A stretch of DNA of 64,000 bases from Dicyema japonicum (taxonomy: Eukaryota > Animalia > Dicyemida): contig RDEW01000007.1 in assembly GCA_011109175.1 (NCBI GenBank), positions 433,712 through 497,711 on the forward strand. Direction: 5' to 3'. The notes below the pieces were generated by a model. That model saw only the letters and a list, made by a program, of their open reading frames with translations, searched no databases and was not told where the DNA came from. A program made the translations under genes and the position numbers. Shown in pieces: positions 24,261 to 37,466 of this stretch (its first letter is position 1; each line of letters opens with the position of its first letter).

Positions 24261-25329
24261 CAGGAAATCATCTTTTTGAATGTCCTGGAGTAATTCGCTA
24301 TTCGTCTGCAATGCCATAGCTTATCGATCAATGGGAACGTACGGGATTTGCTCGTCCTACTTAATAGCCGCTGGTCTCCCACAAGTTCGTGAGGTCGTGA
24401 TTACTTAACTATCGGGGTACTTAACTATCTAATTAAAATTATTCACGTTTACTGCGCATCATGCGGTTAGCCACCACTGTCTGTTCTGGTGACGCTCAAA
24501 GGACAGTCGAACCAATCACTGTCTTCCCCGGTGACACTTTTACTGTTACTTGCGTCATCGTGTAGGGGTACCGTGAGGTTATTTTGGTTTTACGGTAATC
24601 TATGTAAATGTTCATTTTAGATTCTTAAAGGATAATTTCAAAGTTAAAAATTATTTTAGCTAATTTGTAATTATTTGCAAATAAATACAGAATTTTTGAA
24701 AAATGTAAATGCCATCTTCATCAAGCGACGTTCTGTGAGATTCAAAGGTTCCCGGCAAACATTAAAACTTATTGATTTAAAATGAAATTGCTTTGAAAAG
24801 GCCTTGGAAGTTGAAGTTTGTGACACTAGAAAACAGCATGATAGCGAAAATCAGGATACAATTGGAAAATGAAAATTTAGAGACATTTTATGATAATCTT
24901 AGCAGTGAAGAAGATAGGTCAAAAATTAATTTTTAAATAACATCAAAATTTTTATTGATTTTATTTTTTTTAATTTTTCAAGTTTTGAATAAAAAACTAA
25001 CCTGTTATGCCGCGTTCAATCAACAAGTCATTGAAATAGTCAAGACTTAGAAAATATCCTGGAGATTTTTCTATCAACTAAAAGAGGAGTGTTATGAAAC
25101 TTCTGTGGCACTGCAGAAAACAATTTTTCATTGAATCTTTCCTATTAGAAACATTTCAAACAAACATCATTTTTATTACTATTTCAGAAACGCCAAATAT
25201 CTGATTTTCTCAGTCCATTTACTCTTGGATCAATAAGGTCAGAAAATTTTTGCCACGTGGCGCCATGTGGTGCTTCGTGGTTAATTGGTTTAATATTTCT
25301 GCTTGCTTATCTGTTCCTCTTCTCTCTTC

Positions 25330-25900
25330 CTAATAGAGTGGCGTCATGTGATCCACCTGTCTAGGTGACGCCCAGTGCCAGGCCGGCATGAAAAAGGATC
25401 ATTTGCTCTTCCACTCCACTGGAGGGGTTTCCACAACTGCATGTAATGGACGTCTTACTCTTTATGCTGATTCCGGATGGACTCTGTAGAAGTGGAAACT
25501 GGATACACTTAATTAGTTGGTTACTTTAACTTCTTTCTCGGTGTATCCGGGGTTAATAAATAATAATAATAAGGTCACAAATGCGTAGTAGGTCTGAATT
25601 TCCTTGCACAAGTTGAACATTACAAAATTTGTTAAGGGTATTGGATATCGTTTTACTTTCTTCTATGTAAAAGAGTAGAAAATTTATGCTTATGTAATCA
25701 TTGTACCACGTCAAAAAAGTCGGTGGATCATATGGCTACACGCTCAATAGGATGCGACTACACTGGAAGGCACATGATGTGGTTAGATGCATACATTTAC
25801 ACTTTTGCGGAATGTACGGCATCAAGAAGTCAAAGAGACTCATTCGGTCAATTCCATAGTCAATATTCAGAGAGTTGAAATCTGGGTGGGCACATCCAAG
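25330..25900 (+). mobile_element. LINE tail with hairpin (to ~25560), followed by an R4-like zinc-knuckle fragment
   Basis: ctggatacac...gtgtatccgg hairpin; 25700-25860 is similar to 6740-6890. Confidence 0.65.
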
Positions 25901-27082
25901 ACTAGATGAAGGGGATATTCTCTCACTCGCTGTCTGTTTACAAACATGGTTCCAAGAAGAAGGAGATCAAGAACATGAAGGACCGAATGGACAAGATCAC
26001 TTCGAATAGAAATGGAATCACTCTGCCTTGTTTAGGTTTTAGGTTATCTTAGCTGAGAAGAGTAATCGGGGTATCGAACCTTCTAGAAAACAGTAAGGGA
26101 AGGTCAGGTCTATTTCGGAGGATGTCACTTATTCGGAATATTTTATGGTGGATTCGAGATGCTTGCCTGTATTTGATTTTTGTCTCATTCGAGGGATACT
26201 CTAGAGAATTTATTGAAGTAAATTTTGTTGCCATCCCCCAGTTGATCCATGACGGGTGTCAGTAATAGGACTCTGGTGGAGCAGTTCTCTATCACCACGG
26301 GTTTGCAATGAACTGATAAAGAGTAAGCAATCTATGCGTATGCTAAGACTTGTTTTTAGAGAAGTTTCGAGGACGGGAGAGATGTGATCCTCGTGTGTTC
26401 TTCATGTTTGGGGCTCTAGAATACAAATATTCACATATTTATTAAAGAAACCCACAGTGAAAAGTGTCAAAGCCAACTAATTAAGTGACTCCAGCTTCTA
26501 TCAACTCTCGGATTCTCTTCCAGATTTTTTGGAACTGAAAGAGAGTAGCTGATACTTAGGAGCAGAGTAAATTTACAAAATAGATCGTTTTTAAAAAAGG
26601 CAATATTCCTTTTCCCGATTTTACGCTTGCTTTAAGCAGTATTTCTCCACTTGTTAAGTTGTCCGTGGATTACGACTTAAGGGGTGACCACAACCCTATA
26701 CTTATTTCAGTTAAAGGGGGATCTTTCACAAATAAGCGTCTGCATATTTGAGACAACAAGGATGTCGATTGGAGTAAATTCGCTCCTTTTGTCGACAATA
26801 ACACGGTGGGTGAAAATGTGAAATCCTTTAAATCTGTCAATAATATAATCCCCCATTTCAACAGGATAGTTCAAGTCATGATGAAACGTTTATATATCCC
26901 CGACGAAATTGATAGATCCAAAAATTGCTAAATTAAGCAAAGCAACTCAAGAGTCTCCCTAGCCGAACCCGAGCTCTGGAAAATGAAATAGCAAAGTCGG
27001 TAAAAAGTGAAAATGCTTGGTAAAACTAACGATCATTCTGGGTAAACAAGCCACTCTCTCATTGGTGTGGGAGACTCTAGAG

Positions 27083-29059
27083 CTGTGTTTCCCAACCTGG
27101 CACCCTTGGGTTCCGCTAAGTTCAAAATTTTTTTTATTATTTTTTCAAAAGAAAAATTGAGTTCTTGCGCGAACTCGGAGGAATGCTTGTCAGAAAGAAA
27201 AGAGATCGACGAGAAGGGTTCTGGCTGAGACAAAAGAATCTTAAAGTTCGATCTTATCGAGAAAGTTATATTGCCTTTGGTTTCACATGGACTGGGAACA
27301 TGGATTGTCCTCTCCCACTTTTTGTTGTTTGTCGTGAAAAACTTGCGAATAGTGCCTATGGCTCCAACGAAGCTTATACGTCATTTCTCCACCAAGCACC
27401 CTGAACTTTCAAAGAAAAAAATAATATTTTATGCGAAAATTGGACCAGAATAAAGTTCAAGCATCCCCTTTTACAAAAAATTCAAAATAAACGAAAAAGC
27501 ATTGCATGCTTGTTATGCTGTTGCTGAGATCGCCGCTAAAAGTATGAAATCGCATAATCTCGCCTAAACTGTTATTTTGCCTGCATGCAAAATAGTGAAG
27601 ATAATGTTCGGAGAAATTGCTGCCGCTGAGCTCGACTTAATTCCTATTTCTAATAATTCTGTGAGCAGACGCATCAAGGATATGTCTGATGACATTGAAA
27701 CCACTTTGGTTCGGCGAATAAAAAAATCTGTGTTTTTTGTGCTTCAAGTGGATGAAAGCTCAGATTACAGGAAGAATGAAACTCCTTGATTTCTTTCGAT
27801 ATGAACCATGAATCCATTGAAGATTTTCTTTGCTGCAAAGAGTTGCTCGGAACAACAAAGGGATGACATTTTCAATCTTACAAATTCACATTTTGAGGAT
27901 ATAAAGTGTATTGGAATGCAGTGTGGGTATCTGCACTGATGGTGCTCCAGCAATGACTGGGCAATTTAAAACTTTGTTTCTATTGCGAAAAATAAGAATC
28001 CGAACATTATCCACACTCATTGTTTTCTTCATTGCGAGGCATTGGTCGCAAAACTATTGGGCAGGAACGTAAATGTGCTTTGGACATGGTTGTAAAAATA
28101 ATTAATTACAACACATAAGGCCGTTGAAATTGCGACAGTTTTCGAAACTTTGTGAAAATGCATTCAGTTTTGATTTTGCCTACTGAAGCAAGATGGCTCT
28201 CAAAGGGAAACGTGTTAATTCGTTTCTATGAACAAAGTCACAAATTGTTGGTTTTTTGTATGCAAGAGAAGTTGGATGACTTTATTGAATGCCTCAATGA
28301 TGAATGTTGGTGTTGCAAATTAGCATACCTCGCCGATATTTTTCATGAACTCAATGTTCCAGTAGCAGCATGCAAGGAAGAAATGAAAATCTATTGAGTT
28401 GCGCGGACAAAATAGCTGCTTTCTGAAAAAACTACAAATATGGAAACGACATATCACAAACCTGGAAATGTTCCATCATGTGCAAGAAAGAATTTTTAAA
28501 AAAATTGTCCCACAAATTGTAGACCATTTGGACTATTTACATGTACGAATAATTATTTTCCACCCATATCAGTTGAACTCTATGATTAGTGAAGAATCCT
28601 TTTGCTGAATACGAAATAACTGGAAACGAGCTACCATTAAAGGAGGAAGAAGAACTTGCGTTTGTTTCAAGTTACAGAACGCTAAAATGGAATATTACAG
28701 CTTGATATTGATTCATTTTGGCTGATTGTAAAAAAAGAAAATCCTACAAACAAAACTTTAAGAGTTTTGGTCCAGTTTTCAACGACTTATCTCTGTGAAA
28801 GTAGATTTTACTGCATTAGCAAATATAAAGCATAAAAACCGCGCGAACCTACTGTATGTGGAAGACCTGCGTTTATCCCTGTCAAGGACAAGGTCAAATA
28901 TTACAGAGCTATGCAAGAGACATCAACCATCTCACTAACTAGCATTTTATTTTCTATATTAATAAAATACTGATTATTTTTAAAAACTATATAAGGGCTC
29001 CGTATCAAATTAAAAATGTCGATAGGGTTCCGTGCTCTCAAAAAGGCTGGGAACCACTG
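27083..29059 (+). mobile_element. hAT DNA transposon (ZBED5/FAM200/Buster-like), degenerate, inserted in a LINE APE region
   Basis: Ends ctgtgtttcccaacc and ggctgggaaccactg; TSD ctctagag versus ct-tagag. Motifs YIAFGFTW...CPLPL, LQVDESSD, TDGAPAM, TEARWLSKGN, LAYLADIF and STTYLCE. Confidence 0.88.
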
Positions 29060-29279
29060 CTTAGAGGCTATACCAACCCAAATAAACTGTTGACGGTCCA
29101 GATGACCGAGAGGAACTCGACAAGATTATGAAATTCTAAGCCAGTCCTGTCAGAAACGGGAATTAAATTACAGTAAATGCGAAATCTACAATTGTGGACT
29201 TTCAGAAGTATTCACAGACTGTGTTATCTTCGCGAATTTACTGCCTGGAAGTATTTCCTCGCCGGTAAAGATTTATATT

Positions 29280-30010
29280 CCTCGGATCCTCAATCAACAT
29301 GTGTGTAAGGGGGAGAGCTATACGGGGAAAACGACTGTTACTCAAAGAGACTCTGGACCGCTTGTATCTACTTGACAGCTTTATTCCTCCTAAAGAACAG
29401 AGGCTTGCATATTTCTGAGGACTGCTTCATGTTTCACTCAATGCGACCAACTAGCACACATTGACGGATCTTCCATATCTTCAACGTCCGATTCGAGGAT
29501 TATTCATGGAAGCAAGCCACGCTGTCGGTGAGACTCGGAGGGCTTGGAATTCTCAGCTCTTTAGACATTTCTCTCCTGCATATCTCTCATCGTTAATGGC
29601 CTGTAACACCCTTGTCAAGAGGATTTTAAACTCCCTCCCTTAATTCTAACGATCAGGATCTCGGTTTGCACGTGAGACTTGGAGACGTACCTATCAGTTT
29701 TCCCAACATTCCTTGAACTCTCAATGGGGTCTGGACGATTTGCTAGTGTCATCTAACCAACACCGCCGTGCTTGTTTGTCGTCGGTGACGTCTTCCAAAA
29801 GCGATGCCTGATTCGACGACATTCCTAGTTTTGGGTCCCTTTCTGGGTGATGAATGTGTCCGTATTGGGATCTCACTAAAACTCGGATTAAAAGTCTGTG
29901 TGTCTCATCCATGCCGATGCGGAGACCAGATTGACTGTTTTGGCCTGCATCCGCTCTCTTGCAGGAAGAATGTAGGCGGATCTCCCAGACACATGGCCTT
30001 GAAGTGAGCT
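29280..30010 (+). mobile_element. CRE-like retrotransposon fragment
   Basis: CRCGDQIDCFGLHPLSCRKNVGGSPRH. Confidence 0.75.
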
Positions 30011-30199
30011 TCGGACGCTGCCGAACACTACTCTATGCTCGAACCACAAGGAAGTCTATACATCTCGTAAAAATATCCATCACTCCATCCCAGCTCTCTA
30101 CGATACCATTTAAACTAATGAAATCTACCAGTTTTTACTGAACGTTGTGATTTACACACAGTTTTAGAGCGATTCCATTTTTCATCTTGACATTATTTA

Positions 30200-30400
30200 C
30201 CACCGGCACAAAACAACTTTAACCAACCAAAAAAGTTACTTTTTAACAATTTCAACCTTCCCGCCTGCTTGTTCATTAGTCACTTCAGGCAGGTCGATTT
30301 TGGTGGCCAAAACAACCTCGAAAGCGAATTGTTTAATTGAGCCCTCTGCCATATGGCATTTCCGTGCTCTGCCTCTTGTACTCCAGTGTAAAGTATTATT
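30200..30400 (-). mobile_element. 3' end of an R4-like element
   Basis: Reverse complement is similar to 9540-9720 (acactggagta..aggcagag...gagggtcaatt...acctgcctga). Confidence 0.7.
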
Positions 30401-30545
30401 ATCGGTATTTCTGAGAGCACAAAAAAACAAAAAGTCAATTAAGGCACCAGTGTAAATAATAAAATTAATAAAATATTAGCTTTTCCACTAAAAATATATT
30501 AAACAGAAAATTTATTTTAATTTTTTAAATTAAATAAAGTAAAGT

Positions 30546-30879
30546 ATGTTTTCTGTGAAAATAAACTCAGTTAGTAAATTTACTTTGTTCAAAATTGTAG
30601 CGAAAACGGTTCAAAGTGAATAATAACAGGAATACATGCAAAAGGACCACTAAAGAGTCACAGTACCGCGTAATTCTGTAAATGGAAGGGTTACAGTATT
30701 TTTTATCGTTCATGTATTCACTCGACAGTGCAATTACGCCCCACAACGAACACAGTGCATTAAACGTAATTGATGACGTCATAAATATTATCAAAATATT
30801 CGTCTTTGAGCCTTCTGATGAGGAAAACAGGAAAATTGTAAAAATGACGGCTGAGATGAATAAAACTAGGCATGAGTGA
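30546..30879 (+). CDS. Small orphan protein (~91 aa), 2 introns (31 and 27 nt); basic N-terminus with a weak HLH-like pattern
   Basis: AT island 30455-30545 upstream. In-phase GT-AG introns at 30570-30600 and 30670-30696 give MFSVKINSRKRFKVNNNRNTCKRTTKESQYRYFLSFMYSLDSAITPHNEHSALNVIDDVINIIKIF... Confidence 0.5.
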
Positions 30880-31178
30880 ATCGCCAGTGAATCACGTGGG
30901 CAATGAAAGAAAACTCGTATTCCTAGAAATCATAACTAAAGAAAACCTGAAAGGTGCAGTACTAATGAGAGTGAAGCTGATAAGAAGAGGGAGAGACCGA
31001 CCCACTTAATCATTCCAATAGTATATGACGGTTTTTTTGTTAATTTAAATATTTTTAATACGCCACTTCATTTAGAGTACTGACGTGACATAATTTCTCA
31101 AATTGAAGGACGAAACGGATGATTTTGATTTTTGTACTCGAATCAGTTGACTCCTCTGGTTAAAGATAGTAGAAACTG

Positions 31179-32000
31179 TCAGAAAGGTTTATAGTGCAGC
31201 CTTATCTTTCTTGACTGCGGGGGTTGTCCGCTTGAATAACCAACAGTGTTCAGGAAGGTTTTCTGAGCGTTCTGTGAATAGCTTTCCGAGTTTGGGGGCA
31301 TTAGGTTTCTACAATTAGAGGAACATTCTAAGACCACCATTAAAAGAAAACAAAGTGATCCCGACAAAATTAATCCAGGCTCTCAGCTCCTCCCTCGATC
31401 CTACACAAGCTCTTTGGGGTCGAGGTTTCTCCTGATCATGTTTGATCAAGTCTCCTCAGTTATTCCTTTAGGATTAGGATCCCCGGGGGTGTCGACATCA
31501 TGTTCTTTTCGTTCGTAGACAACTTCTCTTCCCTCAAAAAGCCCGTGTTTTGTAGCCGCGACTTTATGTGCATTACTCCAAGTCGTCTGCATAAGCAGTC
31601 AAGAATAAGTTGAAAAGTGGCGAATCTAGGGTACTCCATTAGGAAATAGTCAAGTGACTGATCGAATGTTTCCAAGGCATACACACTCCGTCCGCTAAGA
31701 AAAATAGCAAGCCAGAGTTTGAAACTCACAGTAATGACCGTCTGGAATATTTCCAAGTAAGATTCTTCCTGGGAATGGAGTCGAAGGGTTTACATATATC
31801 CACTTGCATAGAACGGTCTTCTGATGTCTGGGTTTATTGAAGATGCCATAGCGAATAAAGTCGCTAAGGGAGATAGATGACTGGTGGTTGATTAGCTTTC
31901 GAACTTGCAATATTAAATGAGGAAATTGAGCAACTATGGATATTATGTTGTGCGTGTGACAAGTCATTCCAAGTACTCCGTTAGTAAGAGATAAAATTAA
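31179..32000 (-). mobile_element. L1/Tx1-like LINE C-terminal fragments
   Basis: Degenerate pieces around PFPGRILL and a LETFDQSL...FQLILDCLCRRLG segment resembling the C-terminal zinc-knuckle region. Confidence 0.4.
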
Positions 32001-32974
32001 AAATTTTCCTTCATCGGATCAAAAAGTAATTTTGAAAAAAAAATCAATTTGAATTCATCCGGGAAAATGATTAATTATAAATTTGGTAAAAATAGTGTTA
32101 CTGGTGCCACGTGGTCAGCATAATTTTTATAGAAAATTTGGCAAAATAAATGAATTTATAAGAAGACCGAATTGATGATAAACAATGTCAAAATCCCATA
32201 CAACAAATATCAAAAAATCCTGGGAATAACCTTCGACGTGCACCTGCTTTTTTCTAAATTTTGATAGCGTTCTTATAAACTGCGAGATCAAAATAATATT
32301 GGTTGAAATATATCTCTCAGAGCTATGGAGAATAAGAAGCCTTCTTATCCAAGGATTACATCGAGTCATGCAGGGACAATCAGTCTCATGGACAAGTGCT
32401 GAAATCTTCTTAGCTACCAACAAATAGGATGAAAATCGACGCTATGATAAACTTTTAGGAAAAGTGCTACTTACAACTGCTCTAAATCCCTGAGTCTTAA
32501 TAACAATGGGATCTGCGACCAACATAATTCGGCTCTTCATCTGCGTGTTTTTTGGCTAGAAATGAGCAGAAGAATACAAAAATAATCGAAGTGGGATCAC
32601 ATGATTAGTTATTTTAGTTATATTGAGGATCTTGGATATTTTTTGTTATAGGAAGTACTTTGGAGGAAGATAAAAATATAATTTTGGAACAATAATAGGT
32701 AGGATTGATATAATAGAAAAATTGTTACAAAATAGATAATAAGAGAAATAAATATGAAAATATGTGAATAAAAGAATAATTTTTTTATTTCAGCAATAAT
32801 ACTATCTTCACTATTAAAAAATAGAAATGTAATTTGAACGATAAATCAAAAAGTTATCCAATAAAAGTTTGATAGATCTGGTTACTTTCAATAGTGGAAA
32901 GAAAATTGCACGAAAATACACTAGCAACAGCTGCCAATAAAAACCGCGATTTTAAACCTTTATTTATTTATTAA

Positions 32975-33190
32975 TAAAAAGGTGGGAACTGGCTGAGAAA
33001 ATCAAGATTAAAAAATATGGCGAAATTGGAGACCGCTACCGTTTTGCACCGGTAGCAATCGAGACGTCTGGTGCGGCCGGAAGTAATACAGTTTCTTTCC
33101 TAAAGGAAATCGGGGGAAAATTGGCCCAGCGTAAGAGACGTGCGGGAAGCGGTCTGGCTGAGGCAAAGAATTGGTATCGCAGTTGTTCGC
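32975..33190 (+). mobile_element. CRE-like RLE 3' fragment
   Basis: KIKKYGEIGDRYRFAPVAIETSGAAG...FLKEIG. Confidence 0.75.
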
Positions 33191-34039
33191 GGAAACGCTT
33201 ACTCCGTGATGTCAGCAGCCGCTCTCCCCCATAGTTAATAAATAATATTTTATTGTTAATAAATTTTTGAAATAAAAAAAATAAGAAAATAAAAAAAATA
33301 AAAAGGTTGACCATACGAAAAATGTAATTTCATTATAAATAAATTTATATTTAAAATTTTTTATTTAACAACCCAAAACCACTGTTAATCCTAGCAAATT
33401 ATCACGTGATCCCGATGCATTTTAACATTGATTCATCTTTAGCCGGTGTTCTTCCCTCGTACCCGCGTATGAACGTACAGGAAGGCTGACTGATTTTTCA
33501 AAGCCACATTCCCCTGATCCGCAGTCTAGTCACATAGGGGGCTCCAGAGGCGTGGTCCAGTTCGGTGATTTCTAGAAATCCGAATAGTTGGAAATCGACG
33601 TTAAGAACGTAACTCCAATACAAAATTCCTCAAGCTTATAAGAACCAGAGGAAATTAAAGTAAACGCCCAGTCTTTGCAGCTGTTGAAAATCCTCCAGTT
33701 GACTGGTGAACAATAACAAATCTAAGTTTTAAAAAAACTTTTCGAGGCTGATCTTGTGAATTGTCGTTACTTCAAATAGTGATTTACACTTCAATAAAGT
33801 CAAATGGCTTAGCAACAAATTTTGACCTTGAAGTTAAAGAGTAATTTGAAGAATTAAAAACAGATATAGTCGTAACAGTCATAGGATTCATCGAAAGTTC
33901 GGATTTCTAAGTTCTTGTTTTGTGCAGGTCCGAGTACTCACGTTGTATAAAAATTTAGGTTTCAAAACTGCATTATATAGACAGACTCTAATAATAGAGC
34001 CTTTTCACGAGAGCCATAGTATTTATAGCTCCCCGTAGG

Positions 34040-34310
34040 CAGGACACACACTTTATTTAAGTAAAGAACAGTTAATTTTAACTAATCGTATAACAAGGAA
34101 TGATCTTCACTTCTTTCTTCTTTTTCTTGTGTGAGTGTCCTTTCTAGACAATCCAGTTCCGCAGTGAGTATTCACTGATGACGGCGTCACTCGTCAAACC
34201 CTTTTCTGCATCGTAGATGCGTGGAACTTTCCACCAGGTGAACAGCAGCGAGATTCGAACCCGTAGCCTAAGCCACTTAAGCCCGACATTTAATCACTAA
34301 GCCACCCGGC
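34040..34310 (-). mobile_element. tRNA-derived SINE, the most complete copy in the window
   Basis: Head gccgggtggcttagtgattaa (A box)...cttaag...gggttcgaatc (B box) without a closing acceptor stem. Body shared with 11960, 43340 and 57490; tail hairpin followed by ttaaataaa. Confidence 0.8.
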
Positions 34311-34559
34311 TTGACAGACTCTGTACAAGCAAATTTTCTTTATCTTGTGCAGTGTGCCATTTCCCAGTGTTTTTCTTTTTGTAGTGTCCTTTGCCTTTGA
34401 GAAAGGACTTTATTCGCGAATTGTAAGAAAATGCGTTGACTATATTGTTAGTCCTGGACCATCGTCCTAGATAGTTTCCACCTTATTAACTAAAGAAGAG
34501 TTTCCAAGTGATAATTGGTCGATAGTGAGCTGGTAGCGTATCTTTATCCATTATGCCAT

Positions 34560-35300
34560 AGTTCTAATATCTGGATGTCTTCATATATCGAGGAGGATCT
34601 TTGTGAGGTCGATGTTAATGTCTACATACTTTTGTTGCATCAAGATCGCCCACAATTTTTTGAAAGAAGCAACCGCTAGAATTTTTCTGTGAATAACGTC
34701 CTCCGAATCCCCTACAAGAGATCCAACTTTCTTGCATGTTCTCCACATTTCCTCGTTTCTCGTCAAAAAATTTTTAAAGTAATAACCCCTTTCGTTTTTG
34801 GACTTAACAGCTTTAGAGCAGTCCATGACTATGTGGAGGTATGGAGTTTTCATCTCCTACTATGCATGAGTATGATTTCGAACCTCGGTGCTAGTCGAGC
34901 AAAATAAACCGGACATTGTGCTACACGATTAGGAGTCTGGCCAATTCCTTATCTTAGAAGTTGGCATTACCTCCCAATATTGTTTACAGACTGTGAATGT
35001 AGTGAAAAAAAGGAAGTATGAGTAGCTTGCAAACGAGATGGGGCAGATCATTGGTTGCAAGGTCCTATTTATTCCTATAGTAATGACGTGGGAAGGAATT
35101 GCAACAAAGTACCACAAAGGTAAACCAAGACAGTTAGACGTAAATAAGAAGTTCCACGACTAATTACAGTCCGCTGTTTTTAAGCGGACCCAAGAGAGTC
35201 TGACACTGCGAATATAGCAGGCAGAGTCCAGAGAAACCATATCGGCAAAAAGCTCAATTGAACAAGGCGCTCACGGAGCTGATCGGTCTTCTTTAAATCC
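34560..35300 (+). mobile_element. R4/Dong-like 3' fragment
   Basis: Similar to 9060-9620 (NKPDIVLHD...ILEVGITSQ...KKRKY). Confidence 0.8.
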
Positions 35301-35339
35301 ATGCTGGAACTGTCTGTCAGGAGGAAATTCCTTGATTTT

Positions 35340-35810
35340 TTACAAGGACGAGTTTCTCCAAAATTTTGGACATTGAGCATAGAAGTGATCAAATGAAGTC
35401 AGGTCCTTTTTTGGTTTTCCCGTTTTCAATATAGGCCTGATGTTCGCAAGTGTCCATAACGTTGGAATCGAAGTCAATGCGGCAATTCCCTCGTTACCCG
35501 GGTTTTTCAGGAGTATGGAAAAAATCCCATCGGGTCCATGTGAATGTGTTAACTTGGTCTGACTCAGGATTTCCTTAACTTCTTTTTCAGAAAAGTAAGA
35601 TGACATCCCTTTACGGTTTTCTCAATAACAAGTGGACTGCGTCCGTTTTTTATAGTCCTTGTGAGATTTTCACGCAGTATTTTGCCAAGGCATTGAGGTC
35701 CTTGTGGCTGCAGTTGTCGTCTTCGGATGGCCTTTCATCTGCCCCTGAAATGTTACGAATTATTTTCCCTACTTGGCTGTCGACTCATTGCGGTTTAGGG
35801 CCGTAAGAAC
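35340..35810 (-). mobile_element. LINE RT N-terminal fragment
   Basis: HGPDGI...WTLANIRPILKTGKP. Confidence 0.7.
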
Positions 35811-37466
35811 ACGTGTCCATTTTGTTCTGATGACAAATGTTGGTTAATTTTTTTAAATTAAATAAAATAAATTATGTTAATTAAAATGTAGATTTATTCA
35901 GGAAATATAAAATACGTGAAATTTTGAGTCACTATTAGCAACTTATAATATTATCCTATGAGTCATCCTGGATCTCCTCCTCACATTTACTCATCAAGTG
36001 GACCTAGTAACCACGAGGATCTAAAAGAATTTTGAAATTCTCAAGACTTTCACTCACTCTCCAATATCTTCCCGCCCATCGTTAGAGCTTCTATGCAAAC
36101 AGTTGTTCTACCTATTTTCGAGTTAGACATTGGAATCACTAAGTAGACGATAACTTTTATCCTCTTTCTCGTGATTTCGGGGTTAATGAAATAAATTAAT
36201 TAATCCTATGACGCAGCTTCGTACTGATTCTATGAAGATCGAAGCGAACAACACGAAGCCGGGATCATGACGTTTTCCCTTTAATTAGTGTTTACCTGGT
36301 GATTTTTGGCTTATTAATAATAAAATCGAAGCCAGTCAAAAAAGGCTTTTGAAGTTGAAAGCGATGGACTTCTGGAAAGGTCACCTCCCAAGCCTGAATT
36401 TCTTAATCCGCATGAACTGAGGAGCGTGCCCGTGCGATTATGAACATACAGCATCCAGTTGTACGGGCCAATACGTGTTTGTGTGGTCTCAAGGGAGGAA
36501 CATCGTGCCAAGTTTAGGTCTCTGTTGGAGCGTGCCAGGATCATGTGAGTAGTTAGTTCGGTGTTATTGCGTCTTTGGATTTATGATCCTCCAAGTTCCT
36601 TCAATTCAACATTTCTTTCGTTCAGAACATCTGATTTCCTAAGTATTCCGAGTTTGTCCCCTCATCCATGTCCACGGGAAGAAGGAAGATTGAGGCTTTC
36701 ATAAGTTAAATAGGCACTTAGTCCAATAGAGGTATTCCACCACTTCAAACTCCCTATGATTGGATCTCGGATGGGCCACGGTTGAACGGCCAATCCTATA
36801 TCATGTTATAAAAAAGGACTGGTAGAGCGAGGGAAGTCAACTTAGTGCAAGTCCCTCTAACGTTACCGACATAGTACAAGTCGTTACGGAGAGCGGTCCA
36901 AGATGTCCGTCCGCAGCGGTTTCGATTACTTAGCCAAGTGCTTTAATGATTCCGGAACAATAAATATAAATCATAGAAATCGATTATGCATCAATCCTCA
37001 TTAAAATATTTTCAATCAGCGCCTTTAGAATTTAAGTGAAAATTGCTCCAAGAAAAATCCGCTTTTGGTCAAGCGAAACCATTATGCCTTTCGAGGCAGG
37101 AACCGAATTAATAAAAATCCCCCATTGTTCCAAGGTAGGGTTATTCATAAATTCGTCAACCACTCCATGTACATATAAGAAAGGGGGACAGGAGGTCACG
37201 TCAGTAGAAATTCTTTAAGGGAACCATTCACGAGGTAGTTAGTCAATTAGTCTCCGCACTAAAAGAACAGGGCCACATCCATAAAAAGACACTCCCGATA
37301 TCCACTTTATAGGCCACATTGACCTAAAAAGCAGTCATCATCATGACACGTGGTTGTACTAACACACGACTAATACAAGAGAATATTAGTAACTTAGCGA
37401 CATAGAATGGAGTAATTATTAATCAAATCAATAAAAACCAAGTAATGTAAGTTTAGTAGTATTAGA

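Noticed and set aside
30236-30430. Minus-strand ORF next to an AT island as a host gene
   Set aside because: It is the 3' end of the R4-like element, similar to 9540-9720.
34240-34310. Possible functional tRNA-Leu gene
   Set aside because: A and B boxes are present, but the acceptor stem cannot close, and the sequence continues into a repeated body, so it is a SINE head.
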